Shown here: positions 1-10,549 of the stretch, piece by piece | Layout: every line of letters begins with the position of its first letter | How positions within the stretch are numbered: position 1 is the first letter of the stretch | NCBI GenBank assembly: GCA_030867685.1 | Contig: JAQOWU010000008.1 | Location: 930,001 to 994,000, forward strand | From: Wickerhamiella versatilis | Lineage: Eukaryota | Length of the DNA stretch: 64,000 nt | Direction: 5' to 3' | The notes under the pieces: model-generated | What the model was told of the DNA's origin: nothing | What the model saw: the letters and a program-made list of their open reading frames with translations, nothing else | Database searches by the model: none | Program-made: the position numbers and the translations under genes

Positions 1-673
1 GATCCTCAGAAGCTCTTGTCTCACGGCAAAGGTAGTCAATATGCAACCCATCCTCACTATCACTTTCTTCCAAGATAGATGCAAGACGCTTTCGCAACGG
101 ATTATTTCCAATACTGTCAACCCATAGTTCCTCACCACCATCCTCCTGGTGCTTATCTTGAGCAGAAGCAGAAGCTTCTTCAGCAGGAGAGGCTACCTTT
201 TGTGAGCCGATCTGTAGCTTACCTGTAAAATGTAGGTGATGTTGTAATGCCTCCATTTCATGGTATAGGATCAGATAAGGACCAGGATTTGTGTCAAATC
301 TCCAAATATTGAGTCTTAACTGTCCCATGTACCTCCGAAGAAATGCATAAAATACCACATAGGAGCCTAAAGTGGGTTCTTCAAAGTCATCGCCTTCGTT
401 ACGAAATACACGGCCAATGGTTGATCCAGTGGTATCCTCGAAAGTGATATCAATGCCAGTCTCATGATGATCGATCTTGCGAACTCTCGCTACTATTCGT
501 GCGTTTTCTACCGGTGCACCATCAATAGTGATAGGTTCGTCTGTGGCGGTTCCATCCAAATTGTTGATCTGCTTGATAACAACAGCACGGAGATGAAATT
601 GTCTTTCTGGTTGTGTTGAGCTTAAAGGGGCGCTAGCACTCGTACCTGAGAAAAAACCACCTTGGCTACTCAT
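1..673 (-). CDS. RFA2: Replication protein A 32-kDa subunit (partial; 3' end runs off the window)
   Basis: Not in the ORF track. Manual minus-strand translation from ATG 673 is open to the edge: MSSQGGFFSG...LRAVVIKQI...ITFEDTTGS...YHEMEALQHHLHFT...DGLHIDYL. This fits an RPA32 OB fold followed by a winged helix. Confidence 0.8.
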   Translation of the reverse strand, partial: MSSQGGFFSGTSASAPLSSTQPERQFHLRAVVIKQINNLDGTATDEPITIDGAPVENARIVARVRKIDHHETGIDITFEDTTGSTIGRVFRNEGDDFEEPTLGSYVVFYAFLRRYMGQLRLNIWRFDTNPGPYLILYHEMEALQHHLHFTGKLQIGSQKVASPAEEASASAQDKHQEDGGEELWVDSIGNNPLRKRLASILEESDSEDGLHIDYLCRETRASED

Positions 674-676
674 TTG

Positions 677-687
677 ACGCGTCGCGT
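677..687. promoter_or_regulatory. MCB (MluI cell-cycle box) ACGCGT plus adjacent CGCGT
   Basis: ACGCGTCGCGT lies directly upstream of the RFA2 ATG; RPA genes are classic MBF targets. Confidence 0.55.
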
Positions 688-1046
688 TTCGATAATGTGA
701 CTAATAAACTGATATTTACCCTAGCACCCGGCGTCTACTGCCCAGTTAGATATTATTTACGAGCCTTATATTAGAGCGGAGATCCGTGATCATGCTACTT
801 ATCGATCTTTTATGCGTCAAACAGGAAATAAATCATATGCCGGTGCTAAGCTCGGATAAAAAACTTTTAGAGATTACGGAATGATGAATTGCTGAAATAT
901 ATTGTTACTTACTCGAATTGGGCTAACAAAAAAAACTTTGATCGTCTTACATCGGTTTGGAATGTGCTGGACCGGGATATTCGCCCTAGCCCTTGACCGG
1001 GAGCATTGCTAATCAATCGTTCATCGTTCACGCTTCAGCAGAAACT

Positions 1047-3014
1047 ATGGATCGCACGGTGCAGGAAGAGCATGGCCCTGCATGGCTATATGACGGGCTT
1101 GGAAGTGTTTTTGGCGCAGCTTTTACCATATTCTTCCGAGAAGTACATGTGCGGGGATCTCATCATATCCCAGATAAGGGCCCAGTTATTTTTGTAGGGG
1201 CGCCCCACGCCAATCAATTTGTTGATCCAATGCTCATAATAGTCAAATGCTTAGAGGCTAAAAGCCATAGAAGGGTTTCAATTCTCATTGCCATGAAATC
1301 CTGGAGGGAATTGATCGTAGGCACATTGGCAAAATGGATGCGAGCCATTCCGGTGGATCGGGCGCAGGATAATCTGAAGCCAGGTACTGGGGAGATTTGG
1401 GGAGATGAGCATGATTCCATGCTAGTTCATGGGTCAGGTACTAAGTTCACCCGCGAGTTTAAGCCGGCGAGTCTGCTTAATATTCCAGGCTCTAATGATA
1501 TGGCTCACGTGAAAGAGATTCTCAGCGACACTGAATTAGTGCTTAGCCGTACGTTCAAAAACCCAAAGTCACTTTCTCGATTGGCCAAAGGGCCTACGAA
1601 ATTCAAGTTTGCTGACCATGTTGACAATGGTGGTGTTTTCCGCAGCGTCTTTCAACACCTTGCAGCAGGGCATTGTCTCGGTGTTTTTCCTGAGGGCGGC
1701 TCACATGATCGTACTGACCTTTTGCCCTTGAAGCCGGGCGTCGCAATCATGGCCCTCGGAACTTTGGCCGACCATCCAGATCTTGACCTGACAATTATAC
1801 CGGTAGGACTGAACTATTTCCATGCTCATAAATTCCGAAGCAGAGCTGTCATTCATTATGGTGTACCTTTTAAGGTTCCAAAAGAACTTGTTGAAGAATA
1901 CCGTGAAGGAGGAAGAGAGGGTAAAACACACTCTGCGGGTAAGCTATTATCACAAATCGCCGAGAAATTGGAAACAGTTGCGATTAATTGTCCAGATTAT
2001 GACACATTGATGGTTGTTCAAGCTTGTCAAAGGTTATATCGTCCATCTGGTCACATTCCATTAGCCATGGTAATCGAGTTCACTCGCAGATTTTTGTACG
2101 GATTTAATATCTATAAAGATGACCCACGGGTCAAGAAAATCTATCGCGATGTTCAAGAGTATAATAAAATGCTTATGGATATGGGGTTAAAGGATCATCA
2201 AGTGGCAGCCGCCGTTCGAACCAAAAGCCAAATTTTCTGGCGATTGGTGCGCAGGACTATTCGAATCACGATTTTTGCCTTGGCGAGTCTACCTGGACTG
2301 GTTATAGGCTCTCCAATTTTGATTATGACAAAGTGGTATTCGAAAAGAAAGGCAGACGCAGCTTTGAAGAAGTCTACAGTCAAGATCAAAGCTAGGGATA
2401 TAATGGCTACTTGGAAGATCCTTGTCGGACTGTTCTTGACGCCAATGCTCTATTCTTTGTATTCGCTATTCGATTGCTGGTTTGTATTCTCATACAAGCG
2501 ATGGTTACCATTCACTTGGACCAATCTTATTTTGGTATTTTATCTCTGTTTATTCGGGCTCTTCGCATTATCATATACTACACTCTTTATTGCTGAGGCT
2601 GGCGTAGGACTTGCTCGTAGTCTGTGGCCTCTTTATTTGGCCCTTTCTCCCACTCTAAGTGATACATTGGCCAGAATTCGTGAAATGCGGGAAGGACTGC
2701 GAAATGACATCACTGAATTGGTTCATGAGCTGCTGCCGGAACTTTTCCCTGATGGAAATATCATAGGAGAGGCTGAAATAGACCCTCAAGATGATCCACG
2801 AACAGATCTTTCTGGATTGAAGTCATCACTAGATCTAAGGGGGGACTATGATCTCAATAAAGTGCCACTTCTCAGCACATCGGAACAAAATCAAACAGAT
2901 CAAAGAGATGAATCACCTTCAATCGAAGCTAACGATTCCGTAGATGCTGGTCAAACATCTTCAGCTGAAGATCACCTTAGTTTCCAAGCACGACGTCGCG
3001 TCAAACGTACATAA
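1047..3014 (+). CDS. SCT1: Glycerol-3-phosphate/DHAP O-acyltransferase (SCT1/GPT2 family)
   Basis: Acyltransferase motifs APHANQFVDP and FPEGGSHDR; C-terminal TM segments. First in-frame ATG is at 1047. Confidence 0.88.
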   Translation: MDRTVQEEHGPAWLYDGLGSVFGAAFTIFFREVHVRGSHHIPDKGPVIFVGAPHANQFVDPMLIIVKCLEAKSHRRVSILIAMKSWRELIVGTLAKWMRAIPVDRAQDNLKPGTGEIWGDEHDSMLVHGSGTKFTREFKPASLLNIPGSNDMAHVKEILSDTELVLSRTFKNPKSLSRLAKGPTKFKFADHVDNGGVFRSVFQHLAAGHCLGVFPEGGSHDRTDLLPLKPGVAIMALGTLADHPDLDLTIIPVGLNYFHAHKFRSRAVIHYGVPFKVPKELVEEYREGGREGKTHSAGKLLSQIAEKLETVAINCPDYDTLMVVQACQRLYRPSGHIPLAMVIEFTRRFLYGFNIYKDDPRVKKIYRDVQEYNKMLMDMGLKDHQVAAAVRTKSQIFWRLVRRTIRITIFALASLPGLVIGSPILIMTKWYSKRKADAALKKSTVKIKARDIMATWKILVGLFLTPMLYSLYSLFDCWFVFSYKRWLPFTWTNLILVFYLCLFGLFALSYTTLFIAEAGVGLARSLWPLYLALSPTLSDTLARIREMREGLRNDITELVHELLPELFPDGNIIGEAEIDPQDDPRTDLSGLKSSLDLRGDYDLNKVPLLSTSEQNQTDQRDESPSIEANDSVDAGQTSSAEDHLSFQARRRVKRT

Positions 3015-3030
3015 GCCTAGACACCCTAAT

Positions 3031-3597
3031 TTAATCTTCACCGGCAGGTAACTCGTCCTCGAGTACTTTTACCAGTCTTACCCTGATTTCAGTGTTCTGC
3101 GCACCCTGTAGGACATCGCTCACAAATTCAGTTTCAACTTGAAGCTGAACCATTTCCAATGCACCACGCAAAACACCAGCATAAATATTACTATACCAAA
3201 GCTCACGACAAGCCCGCTCATCAGGAAGCTCAACATAATTTGCCAAAGGGTTTTCTGGGAGGAGGAGACTGAACTGCTGATTGTCAGGCGTCCAATTCGC
3301 AACTACCGGGACTATATTCAGGAACATTTTGAAACCAACTCTGCTAACCGCCTCTGCTGTATCGCGGAAATTCTGGCATCTTGGGAGGCTTGTTTTTGCC
3401 AGGACTTCCTCAATCAGCCGTGAACCTATGTTGTATCCCATTTTCTCTAGCTGTTTGTTGACCCGTACGTAGTCCTGATCAAAGTCAGAACAGAGTTGTG
3501 CAACGATAGAACCGTACGTCAAAGTGAACAGTTCAGCATTTATTTTCTCTGTTTTGTGCTTCCATACGTCCTCGCCGAGCGTGCGTGCTCGTGACAT
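3031..3597 (-). CDS. BET3: TRAPP complex subunit Bet3
   Basis: [46 protein letters not shown]. Confidence 0.95.
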   Translation of the reverse strand: MSRARTLGEDVWKHKTEKINAELFTLTYGSIVAQLCSDFDQDYVRVNKQLEKMGYNIGSRLIEEVLAKTSLPRCQNFRDTAEAVSRVGFKMFLNIVPVVANWTPDNQQFSLLLPENPLANYVELPDERACRELWYSNIYAGVLRGALEMVQLQVETEFVSDVLQGAQNTEIRVRLVKVLEDELPAGED

Positions 3598-3856
3598 AGG
3601 AGAAGGATTATGTCACCACCTTAAACTATGTAGAAGCTACAAGACCTTCGAGTTCAGGCTAGAGGTGATATTAGGTACTAAAGGGCAATACTTTTTTTAG
3701 AAAAAAAAATTGTGTTGAAGATTATCGGCTGTACATATTAATTGATTCCGCAACTAGTTCTTGAAGCGCAAAAATACCATACCAAATCCGCATCGAGATA
3801 CAGAGCAACGGCTTGGCTTCGTACTTTCGCTATAATAAAATCGATAGTTTTTTTTT

Positions 3857-4897
3857 CTACTCAAGGTCCTCAATGAGCTCATCTAGCCCATCGGCACCTA
3901 GCAACTTAGCAGTCTTAATGTTCTTCACGGCTTTGGCATAAGTAGCGTCCTGCTGCTCGCTCTCATTCTCTTGTAAGTTTCCAAGGTTGAGAAGTGTCTC
4001 GCCAAGACGAACATAAGAGTCAGGGTCCGATTCCTCGAGTGCCGCTTCGAAATGGGCAACTGCACTGGACAGTGCTTCTGCAGCTATGTCAATTTCATCA
4101 TCAGAAGGCTCCTCTTCATCTTCAATCCTTTCTAATACAGGAGTAGACTTGGAAAGCTCGTAAAATCCAAGTCCTTTGTGTGCAAGGCGTTGGGTCTTGT
4201 CAGTAGTTATTTTAGCTAATTGGGTCAAGCGTGGATGGCAGAATTCCATAAATTCTTGTGCTTTCGCATGATTCAAAGTATCAAGAGAGCCTGCGAACTC
4301 CAAAAGCCTATTCAGGGCTTCTACCTGGCTGCCATCTGAGCCCGCCAGCAAGCTGACAGCTTTATCAATCGACTTCAGCACATCACCGACTGCCTTTTTC
4401 TTATCCGAAGCAGCTGCCATCTGGTTATCAGCATCCTCAATTAATGACAGTGCAGCAAGTGCCTTAACACCAGTATCGGCATTTTCCAACCCAATATCCA
4501 TGCGTTCCAAGCCAACTTTGCGGAAGTCCTCCGGTTTCTCCTTAGAATCCTCATTTTGAAAGGCTGCAATAGCCAATAGTGCTGCTCCATATACTACATG
4601 ACCTTTCGCGGGAAGCTGCTCTCGAGCACGTAGTAGCGAGTCTGCCTCATGCACAATACCACGAGCTAGCTTTAGTTGCTCCTGGGGATCATCATCTGTA
4701 TGAAGCTTATTGAACAGACCATATATCTCAGCGAGCTCCTCGTCTGCTGTGGTATCTTCGGGCAGCTCAATCTCGATGTTAGGTGTAGCCTCTTCCGCAG
4801 GCGTATTTTCTTTCACCTCCTTATTAGTGTCCTGCGACTCTGTCTTCTTTTTCTTAAGCTTTGCCGCTTGCCCCAGGCCCAGAGGTCTTTTGCCCAT
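3857..4897 (-). CDS. ETT1: Enhancer of translation termination Ett1/Nro1
   Basis: N-terminus MGKRPLGLGQAAKLKKKK, GIVHEADSLLR motif, helical-repeat C-terminus. Confidence 0.8.
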   Translation of the reverse strand: MGKRPLGLGQAAKLKKKKTESQDTNKEVKENTPAEEATPNIEIELPEDTTADEELAEIYGLFNKLHTDDDPQEQLKLARGIVHEADSLLRAREQLPAKGHVVYGAALLAIAAFQNEDSKEKPEDFRKVGLERMDIGLENADTGVKALAALSLIEDADNQMAAASDKKKAVGDVLKSIDKAVSLLAGSDGSQVEALNRLLEFAGSLDTLNHAKAQEFMEFCHPRLTQLAKITTDKTQRLAHKGLGFYELSKSTPVLERIEDEEEPSDDEIDIAAEALSSAVAHFEAALEESDPDSYVRLGETLLNLGNLQENESEQQDATYAKAVKNIKTAKLLGADGLDELIEDLE

Positions 4898-5053
4898 ACT
4901 GAAAGGAAATTAGGTGAAGAATTACTTCAAGTGAAAACGATGGGACCGATCAGGCGAGAACAGCCAAACGAGCAAAAGCCACAGCACAAAGTCACATGAC
5001 AAGGTACTCTCGGCGTTCGCGTTATCTAACACCGAGTTGGATTTTTCAACTCT

Positions 5054-6493
5054 ATGGGGCTTCTCGCCAACCTTGAGATCGAGGGCCAGCATTTCTTGAT
5101 ACATGGCAAGGCTGCCCTCACTGCTAAACGGGTGAAGCTCGTACAGTCACTCAATGGTGTAGCTAAGGAATTGACGGAGATTTCACCAAGCGATCTAACT
5201 CGCTATGGTCGACCTGAAGTTGATGGTATCGTCGATGGCGTCTTTTTGGTTCCATCTTCGTCAGATATACCATCTCTATATGAAAATATAGTGAAAGAGT
5301 GTCGTCGTCTTCGAATTCCTGTTAATGTGTCAGAGCGGCCTGACCTCTGTAGTTTTACATTGCCGTCAACCTGGGATGCAGCACCACTTCAAATTGGGGT
5401 GACGACAAATGGATCGGGCTGCAGGCTGGCCAACAGAATCAAACGAGTTCTTGTGCAGGCCCTCCCGGCCAACATATCCGAAATATGTGCGAATGTTGGC
5501 CGTCTCAGACAGCAGCAGGCTATCACGTATGAAGGCTCTTCAGGAGATGATGATGACGCCATTCAGAGCGTGGATTTGAACCAGCTGGTAAAAAATAATG
5601 ACCCGACTCCACAGCAGCGGCTTCGATGGCTTTCCCAAATGGTGGAATACTACCCACTTGAGAAGCTCGCCCACATAACTAATGAAGATCTTCAGATCGA
5701 GTTCAAGGGTCAGGAAACTGCTAAACCCGTAAAAGAAGTCAAGAGGGGACAGATATCTCTCGTAGGTGCAGGTCCTGGAAGTGTGGGCCTACTAACCACT
5801 GAGGCCTTACAGAAAATTAACAATGCCGATTTTGTTCTGGCGGACAAATTGGTTCCTGAAGAGGTGCTTGCACTTGTGCCGAGAATGGTTCCCGTATTTA
5901 TCGCTCGTAAATTCCCTGGGAATGCCGAGAAGGCCCAACAAGAACTTCTCGAAAAAGGATTGACAGCTTTGCAGCAGGGTCAGAAAGTTGTTAGGCTTAA
6001 ACAGGGTGACCCTTATATATACGGCCGTGGTGCTGAGGAATTCATTTTCTTCCGAGATCATGGCTTTACTCCGCATATTGTGGCTGGAATAACCAGCGCT
6101 CTTGTCGCTCCTTTACTGGCTAATATCCCCTCGACGCATAGAGGAGCAGCAGACGAGATTTTAATTTGTACTGGAACCGGACGTGCAGGCTCACTACCGC
6201 AGCCACCTCCTTATCTAGAACGTCGAACCACTGTATTTTTGATGGCCCTTCATAGAATAAAGGACGTGGTGGGTGTTCTGATTGATCATGGTTGGGATGC
6301 TAATGTTGCGTGCGCTGCAATTGAACGCGCTTCGTGCCCGGACCAACGTATTATCCGCGCAAGGCTGTGTAATATCCCTGCTGCACTTGATGCAGTGGGA
6401 AGTCGACCGCCTGGTTTACTGGTTGTTGGCCGTACTTGTGAGGTCATTGATCCTTGCCCTCAAGATGGCTGGATCGTTGATGAAAGACACTAG
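5054..6493 (+). CDS. MET1: Uroporphyrinogen-III C-methyltransferase (siroheme synthesis)
   Basis: ISLVGAGPGSVGLLT, VVRLKQGDPYIYGRG, CysG-like N-terminal region. Confidence 0.93.
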   Translation: MGLLANLEIEGQHFLIHGKAALTAKRVKLVQSLNGVAKELTEISPSDLTRYGRPEVDGIVDGVFLVPSSSDIPSLYENIVKECRRLRIPVNVSERPDLCSFTLPSTWDAAPLQIGVTTNGSGCRLANRIKRVLVQALPANISEICANVGRLRQQQAITYEGSSGDDDDAIQSVDLNQLVKNNDPTPQQRLRWLSQMVEYYPLEKLAHITNEDLQIEFKGQETAKPVKEVKRGQISLVGAGPGSVGLLTTEALQKINNADFVLADKLVPEEVLALVPRMVPVFIARKFPGNAEKAQQELLEKGLTALQQGQKVVRLKQGDPYIYGRGAEEFIFFRDHGFTPHIVAGITSALVAPLLANIPSTHRGAADEILICTGTGRAGSLPQPPPYLERRTTVFLMALHRIKDVVGVLIDHGWDANVACAAIERASCPDQRIIRARLCNIPAALDAVGSRPPGLLVVGRTCEVIDPCPQDGWIVDERH

Positions 6494-6579
6494 AAATAGT
6501 TTTATAATATCTTGAGAATAGAAATGCATTTATACATGGTAGACACAGCCTCCCACCGGAAGCAGGAACATTGTGGCTA

Positions 6580-7524
6580 ATGACTAAATCCCTTGGGTTC
6601 GCCTTCGACATTGATGGCGTTCTTCTGCGGGGTGGTGTGGCTTTAAAAGGAGCACGACCAGCCTTGAACAAGCTGATATCTCACAAGATCCCTTGGATTC
6701 TACTAACCAATGGTGGTGGGATGTCCGAACGGGAGAGAGTGAACAATCTCATGGCGAAGCTGGAGGTTCCGATTCGGCCATCACAGTTCTTGCAGAGTCA
6801 CACACCTTTTCAGCAGTTCATTGGAAACAAAGATAGAGTGTTGGTTGTCGGTGGTAAGGATGATAAATGCCGTCGAGTGGCCTTGGGCTATGGGTTCAAG
6901 GATGTAGTTATTCCCGCGGATATTGTACAGACGTGTCCAAAAATATTACCTTTCCCGAGCTTCACGCAAACATTTCCCGGTGCAAAGCCATTATCCAATT
7001 TAGAAAAACCGTTCGATGGAATATTTGTTTTCCATGATTCGCGTGACGCTACGGCTGATATCCAGGTGATTATGGACCTACTGTTATCAAAGAAAGGAGT
7101 TTTGGGCACCCGCAGGGAGTCCCATGGTGGTTCACCCTCTGTGCCCATCTACTTTAGCAATGGGGACATGCAATGGGCCTCAGACTATCCTCAGCCGCGG
7201 TTTGGACAGGGTGCGCTGATTGAGTCAATAAAGGCCATTTACAGGGCTGTAGCAGGCCATGAATTGGAGCATTCCGTTATTGGAAAACCACAGCGGCTTA
7301 CTTACGAGTACGCGAATAAGCTTCTACCTAATGTGGATACTGTTTTCATGGTGGGCGACAATCAATATTCCGACATTCGGGGAGCAAACAATTTTGGCTG
7401 GGAAAGCGTACTTGTGGAAACAGGGGTTTACAGGCCCCATGATAAGTTGTTTACGAGGCCCAGCTACATATGCAAGGATGTTTTGGATGCCGTGGAGACA
7501 GTAATTCGAAAGCAATCTAGCTAA
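6580..7524 (+). CDS. HAD-superfamily IIA hydrolase (CECR5/YKR070W-like)
   Basis: FAFDIDGVL, LLTNGGG, IGKP, MVGDNQYSDIRGAN. Confidence 0.88.
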   Translation: MTKSLGFAFDIDGVLLRGGVALKGARPALNKLISHKIPWILLTNGGGMSERERVNNLMAKLEVPIRPSQFLQSHTPFQQFIGNKDRVLVVGGKDDKCRRVALGYGFKDVVIPADIVQTCPKILPFPSFTQTFPGAKPLSNLEKPFDGIFVFHDSRDATADIQVIMDLLLSKKGVLGTRRESHGGSPSVPIYFSNGDMQWASDYPQPRFGQGALIESIKAIYRAVAGHELEHSVIGKPQRLTYEYANKLLPNVDTVFMVGDNQYSDIRGANNFGWESVLVETGVYRPHDKLFTRPSYICKDVLDAVETVIRKQSS

Positions 7525-7759
7525 TACGATATGTACACGAGGAGAGAATCAGATTCGATAACCTTCCCTGGTGACTGGCCTATGGGCTATTTTAATAATT
7601 GATAATAATAAAAAGCTTTTAAACGCAAAACTACATAAAGAAAGTTCGTAACCCTTCCAGGACGTTCCAGTCATAGGCTATCTGTCTGGGCTTCTCGATT
7701 TAGAAAAGCGACTATGAAGCAATGGTGAGGCTACAGATTAGGGAAAACAATTAAAAAAT

Positions 7760-8236
7760 CTAAACCTTGTGAGATATTGTCTGTTGCTGCTGGAGCTTGT
7801 GCGCGTTGCGCTCATGCAGCTGTTGTTTACAGCCCTGCAATCCTACGCACTTATGCTGCTCCATAAGACGATGGCGGGAACAAAACTGGCCGTCACAATT
7901 ACCACACGAGCCCACGCCTCGCAGGGGCATAGAGGTACAGGTGGGAAAGGAGCACCGCTTCCGCCGCTTGACCGGTCCCGCGCTAACTTCGAGCGTCCGG
8001 CGCTCAGCAACCAGCATAAGTGGCTGCTCATGATTAACAGCGAACTCCCCCAACTGTTGATTCTCATCCAACTTCTGGTCATTGAGTTTCAAACTGTCCA
8101 GTCCGGATAACGTGGGATCCAGCTCCTGAACCATACGTTTAGTATCACCAACAGTTTGCGCTGGCGAGCATGTGAGCTCCAAAGCCTTTGAATCCTCCCC
8201 ACGCTTCACTGTCACATGCATCAATTGACCCGACAT
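7760..8236 (-). CDS. TMC1: Ubiquitin-like domain plus C-terminal AN1 zinc finger (Tmc1-like)
   Basis: TVGDTKRMVQE...KLDENQQLGEF UBL-like segment; CSFPTC...CGNCDGQFCSRHRLMEQHKC AN1 finger. First ATG is at 8236. Confidence 0.7.
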   Translation of the reverse strand: MSGQLMHVTVKRGEDSKALELTCSPAQTVGDTKRMVQELDPTLSGLDSLKLNDQKLDENQQLGEFAVNHEQPLMLVAERRTLEVSAGPVKRRKRCSFPTCTSMPLRGVGSCGNCDGQFCSRHRLMEQHKCVGLQGCKQQLHERNAHKLQQQQTISHKV

Positions 8237-8440
8237 TAGTGGATGGTACAATGATAAGCTAAGGTGGCGCCGACCTGGGCTGGAGATGTAAGCGTACTTT
8301 CCTACCCAACCCGTTATTATTAATAGTAGCAGCAAGTCTCGGTAGCTAGACTTTGAACTTTCTTTTTATTTCGGGAAAAGCAAAAAAAGAGAACTGCATA
8401 CTTTTCGGTAAGTAACGTCAAAAAATTGTCTCCTTGCGGA

Positions 8441-8872
8441 ATGGCATCTCTTGCCTCTTCTAGTGATGATCCGAGCCAGGAAAGTCCCGATGCGTTTTTG
8501 TTGATGCTCAAACGGAACGGCCATTTTGACTCGTTGCGGTCCCAGATTTTAAAGCAATACACAGGGAGTGATATTGAGGCAAATGTGCATAATTCTATTG
8601 AAGAAATAGTCTCAGAGGACGCAAGATCAAACCCAGCTATATTCGAACGTCCGGATGCAAAATTGTTTTTGGAACGCCATATAAGGCGAGAAATTGCCGT
8701 GACCAGTACGTCGCGCAGTGGACTACCCGATTTTGTGGAGAAATTCATTGACGAGGAAGTTGCAAAAATAATGCCACAGATAGATGAGTTGATACAATCC
8801 AGAAAAAATGCAGGGGCCGACCAGACGCTGGCATCCTCCTCAAAGACTCAGAGGCCCAGAAGACGCTACTAA
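8441..8872 (+). CDS. SHG1: COMPASS subunit Shg1/BOD1 family
   Basis: LKRNGHFDSLRSQIL motif typical of the Shg1/BOD1 domain. Confidence 0.7.
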   Translation: MASLASSSDDPSQESPDAFLLMLKRNGHFDSLRSQILKQYTGSDIEANVHNSIEEIVSEDARSNPAIFERPDAKLFLERHIRREIAVTSTSRSGLPDFVEKFIDEEVAKIMPQIDELIQSRKNAGADQTLASSSKTQRPRRRY

Positions 8873-8883
8873 AATCCACCGTT

Positions 8884-10389
8884 ATGACTCACTCACGTGA
8901 GATTCGTTATCGCATTGCTTACATCATGACAATGCTTGTGGCGATCGCAGCTCAGGTCGTGGCGGCGGCAATGGCTGCGGCCCCAGTTGAGGGGCAACAG
9001 GCTGTCATGGGCCGTCCGGTGATCGATACGGATGAGCTTCAAAAATTTTTCACTGTGAAGGATCTTCGTGCATCTGCAGAGAATCTGTACAAGGCGGCCG
9101 AGGAGAGTATTCCAGTCGAAGGGCATCCAACCCGGGTAATCGGCTCTGCTGGCCACGATGCTACGCTAGACTATATATTAGAGAGTCTTGGCAAGTACAG
9201 TGACTACTGGGATGTATGGACGGAAACTTTCACCGAGCTTGTTGGAACTGTGCATGGCTACAACCTCACCGATGCTAATCATGAAGAGATTGAAATCGAA
9301 CCCCTGGAATTGACCAAAGGGACTGACGGGGTCGTCAATGCGGAAATAAAGGTGATCCCGAACTACGGTTGCCGTAATTCGGACTACCGTGACGTTGATG
9401 GCAAAATCGCTGTGGTGAAACGTGGTGAGTGTTCTTTTGTGGTAAAGGCAGAATCTGCAGGCCAGTTTGGTGCCGTTGGAGTGTTGATATGGGATCCAAA
9501 AGAGACGCCTGGTGAGCTTATTTCGGGCACACTTGGCCCTCCTTTTGAGAATCAAGCGGCGGCTGCGTTCGTGCACAAGGATTGGGCAGAATCAGTGAAG
9601 GATGGTGACAACGTTACTTTTTATATAGATTCTGAGCTTCGAAACACGGCCACGCAAAATATTCTGGCGGAAACTAAAGAGGGTGATCATGACAATGTGG
9701 TGATGCTGGGATCTCACAGCGACTCGGTCCAGAAGGGTCCTGGAATTAATGATAATGGCAGTGGCACCATCACTCTACTTCGTCTAGCTGAGTACCTCAC
9801 GAATTTCAAGGTAAACAACGCGGTGAGGTTGGCCTGGTGGTCGGCCGAGGAGGAGGGTCTACGTGGTTCGCTGCAATATACGGAGCATATTTTAGCATCT
9901 GAAGCTCAAAAGATCCGTCTTTTTATGGATTATGACATGTTGGCCTCGCCAAACTATGTCTATGAGGTTTACGACAGTGATGATAACGAAAACCCCACTG
10001 GATCTGGGAAACTTCGGGATATGTACATCGACTGGTTCGAGTCACATGGGCTTAACTGGACCCTTCAGCCCTTCGATGGTCGAAGTGACTATGTTGGTTT
10101 TCTAGAAATTGGAATCCCTGCCAGTGGAATTGACGCTGGGGCAGAAGAGCTCAAGACGGCAAATGATGTTGACAACTTCGGAGGGGTCCAGGACGAACCA
10201 TATGATAAGTGCTATCATGAAGCTTGTGATGGTCTTGAGAATGTCAACTATGATGCTTGGGTCGTTAATTCAAAACTTGTGGCACATTCAGCGGCTATTT
10301 ACGCGCGGTCCCTGGAAGGTTTCCCGGAGCGCACGAATGACTACATAATAAATGGTAGAAAGGAGCGTCGTAAGCAACATACGTCCTAG
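8884..10389 (+). CDS. APE3: Vacuolar aminopeptidase Y (M28 family, PA domain); start may be 8926
   Basis: Signal-like N-terminus; HPTRVIGSAGH, LGSHSDSV, GINDNGSG, WWSAEEEGL, DYDMLASPN, DKCYHEACD. Confidence 0.92.
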   Translation: MTHSREIRYRIAYIMTMLVAIAAQVVAAAMAAAPVEGQQAVMGRPVIDTDELQKFFTVKDLRASAENLYKAAEESIPVEGHPTRVIGSAGHDATLDYILESLGKYSDYWDVWTETFTELVGTVHGYNLTDANHEEIEIEPLELTKGTDGVVNAEIKVIPNYGCRNSDYRDVDGKIAVVKRGECSFVVKAESAGQFGAVGVLIWDPKETPGELISGTLGPPFENQAAAAFVHKDWAESVKDGDNVTFYIDSELRNTATQNILAETKEGDHDNVVMLGSHSDSVQKGPGINDNGSGTITLLRLAEYLTNFKVNNAVRLAWWSAEEEGLRGSLQYTEHILASEAQKIRLFMDYDMLASPNYVYEVYDSDDNENPTGSGKLRDMYIDWFESHGLNWTLQPFDGRSDYVGFLEIGIPASGIDAGAEELKTANDVDNFGGVQDEPYDKCYHEACDGLENVNYDAWVVNSKLVAHSAAIYARSLEGFPERTNDYIINGRKERRKQHTS

Positions 10390-10549
10390 CTTACTGTAAT
10401 GTATTTAGGCTCTAGAATGAGTGTGATTTAGGTAGTTTATGATCGTGATTCCACTCCTATTACTGCTTCTATTAAAATTTGGCTCTTTCATATTACAAAT
10501 CCCAACGTCCGTCTAGGTAAGTGCTGTGGACGGGAAAACACAGTATGGG

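Noticed and set aside
4991-5000. GTCACATGAC as a Cbf1 site for MET1
   Set aside because: One mismatch in the CACGTG core; plausible but unsupported.
8263-8269. GGTGGCG as an Rpn4 PACE site upstream of the TMC1-like gene
   Set aside because: Only a partial match to GGTGGCAAA.
10517-10543. GTAAGT...CAG upstream of BRR6
   Set aside because: Only 27 nt and no branch point.
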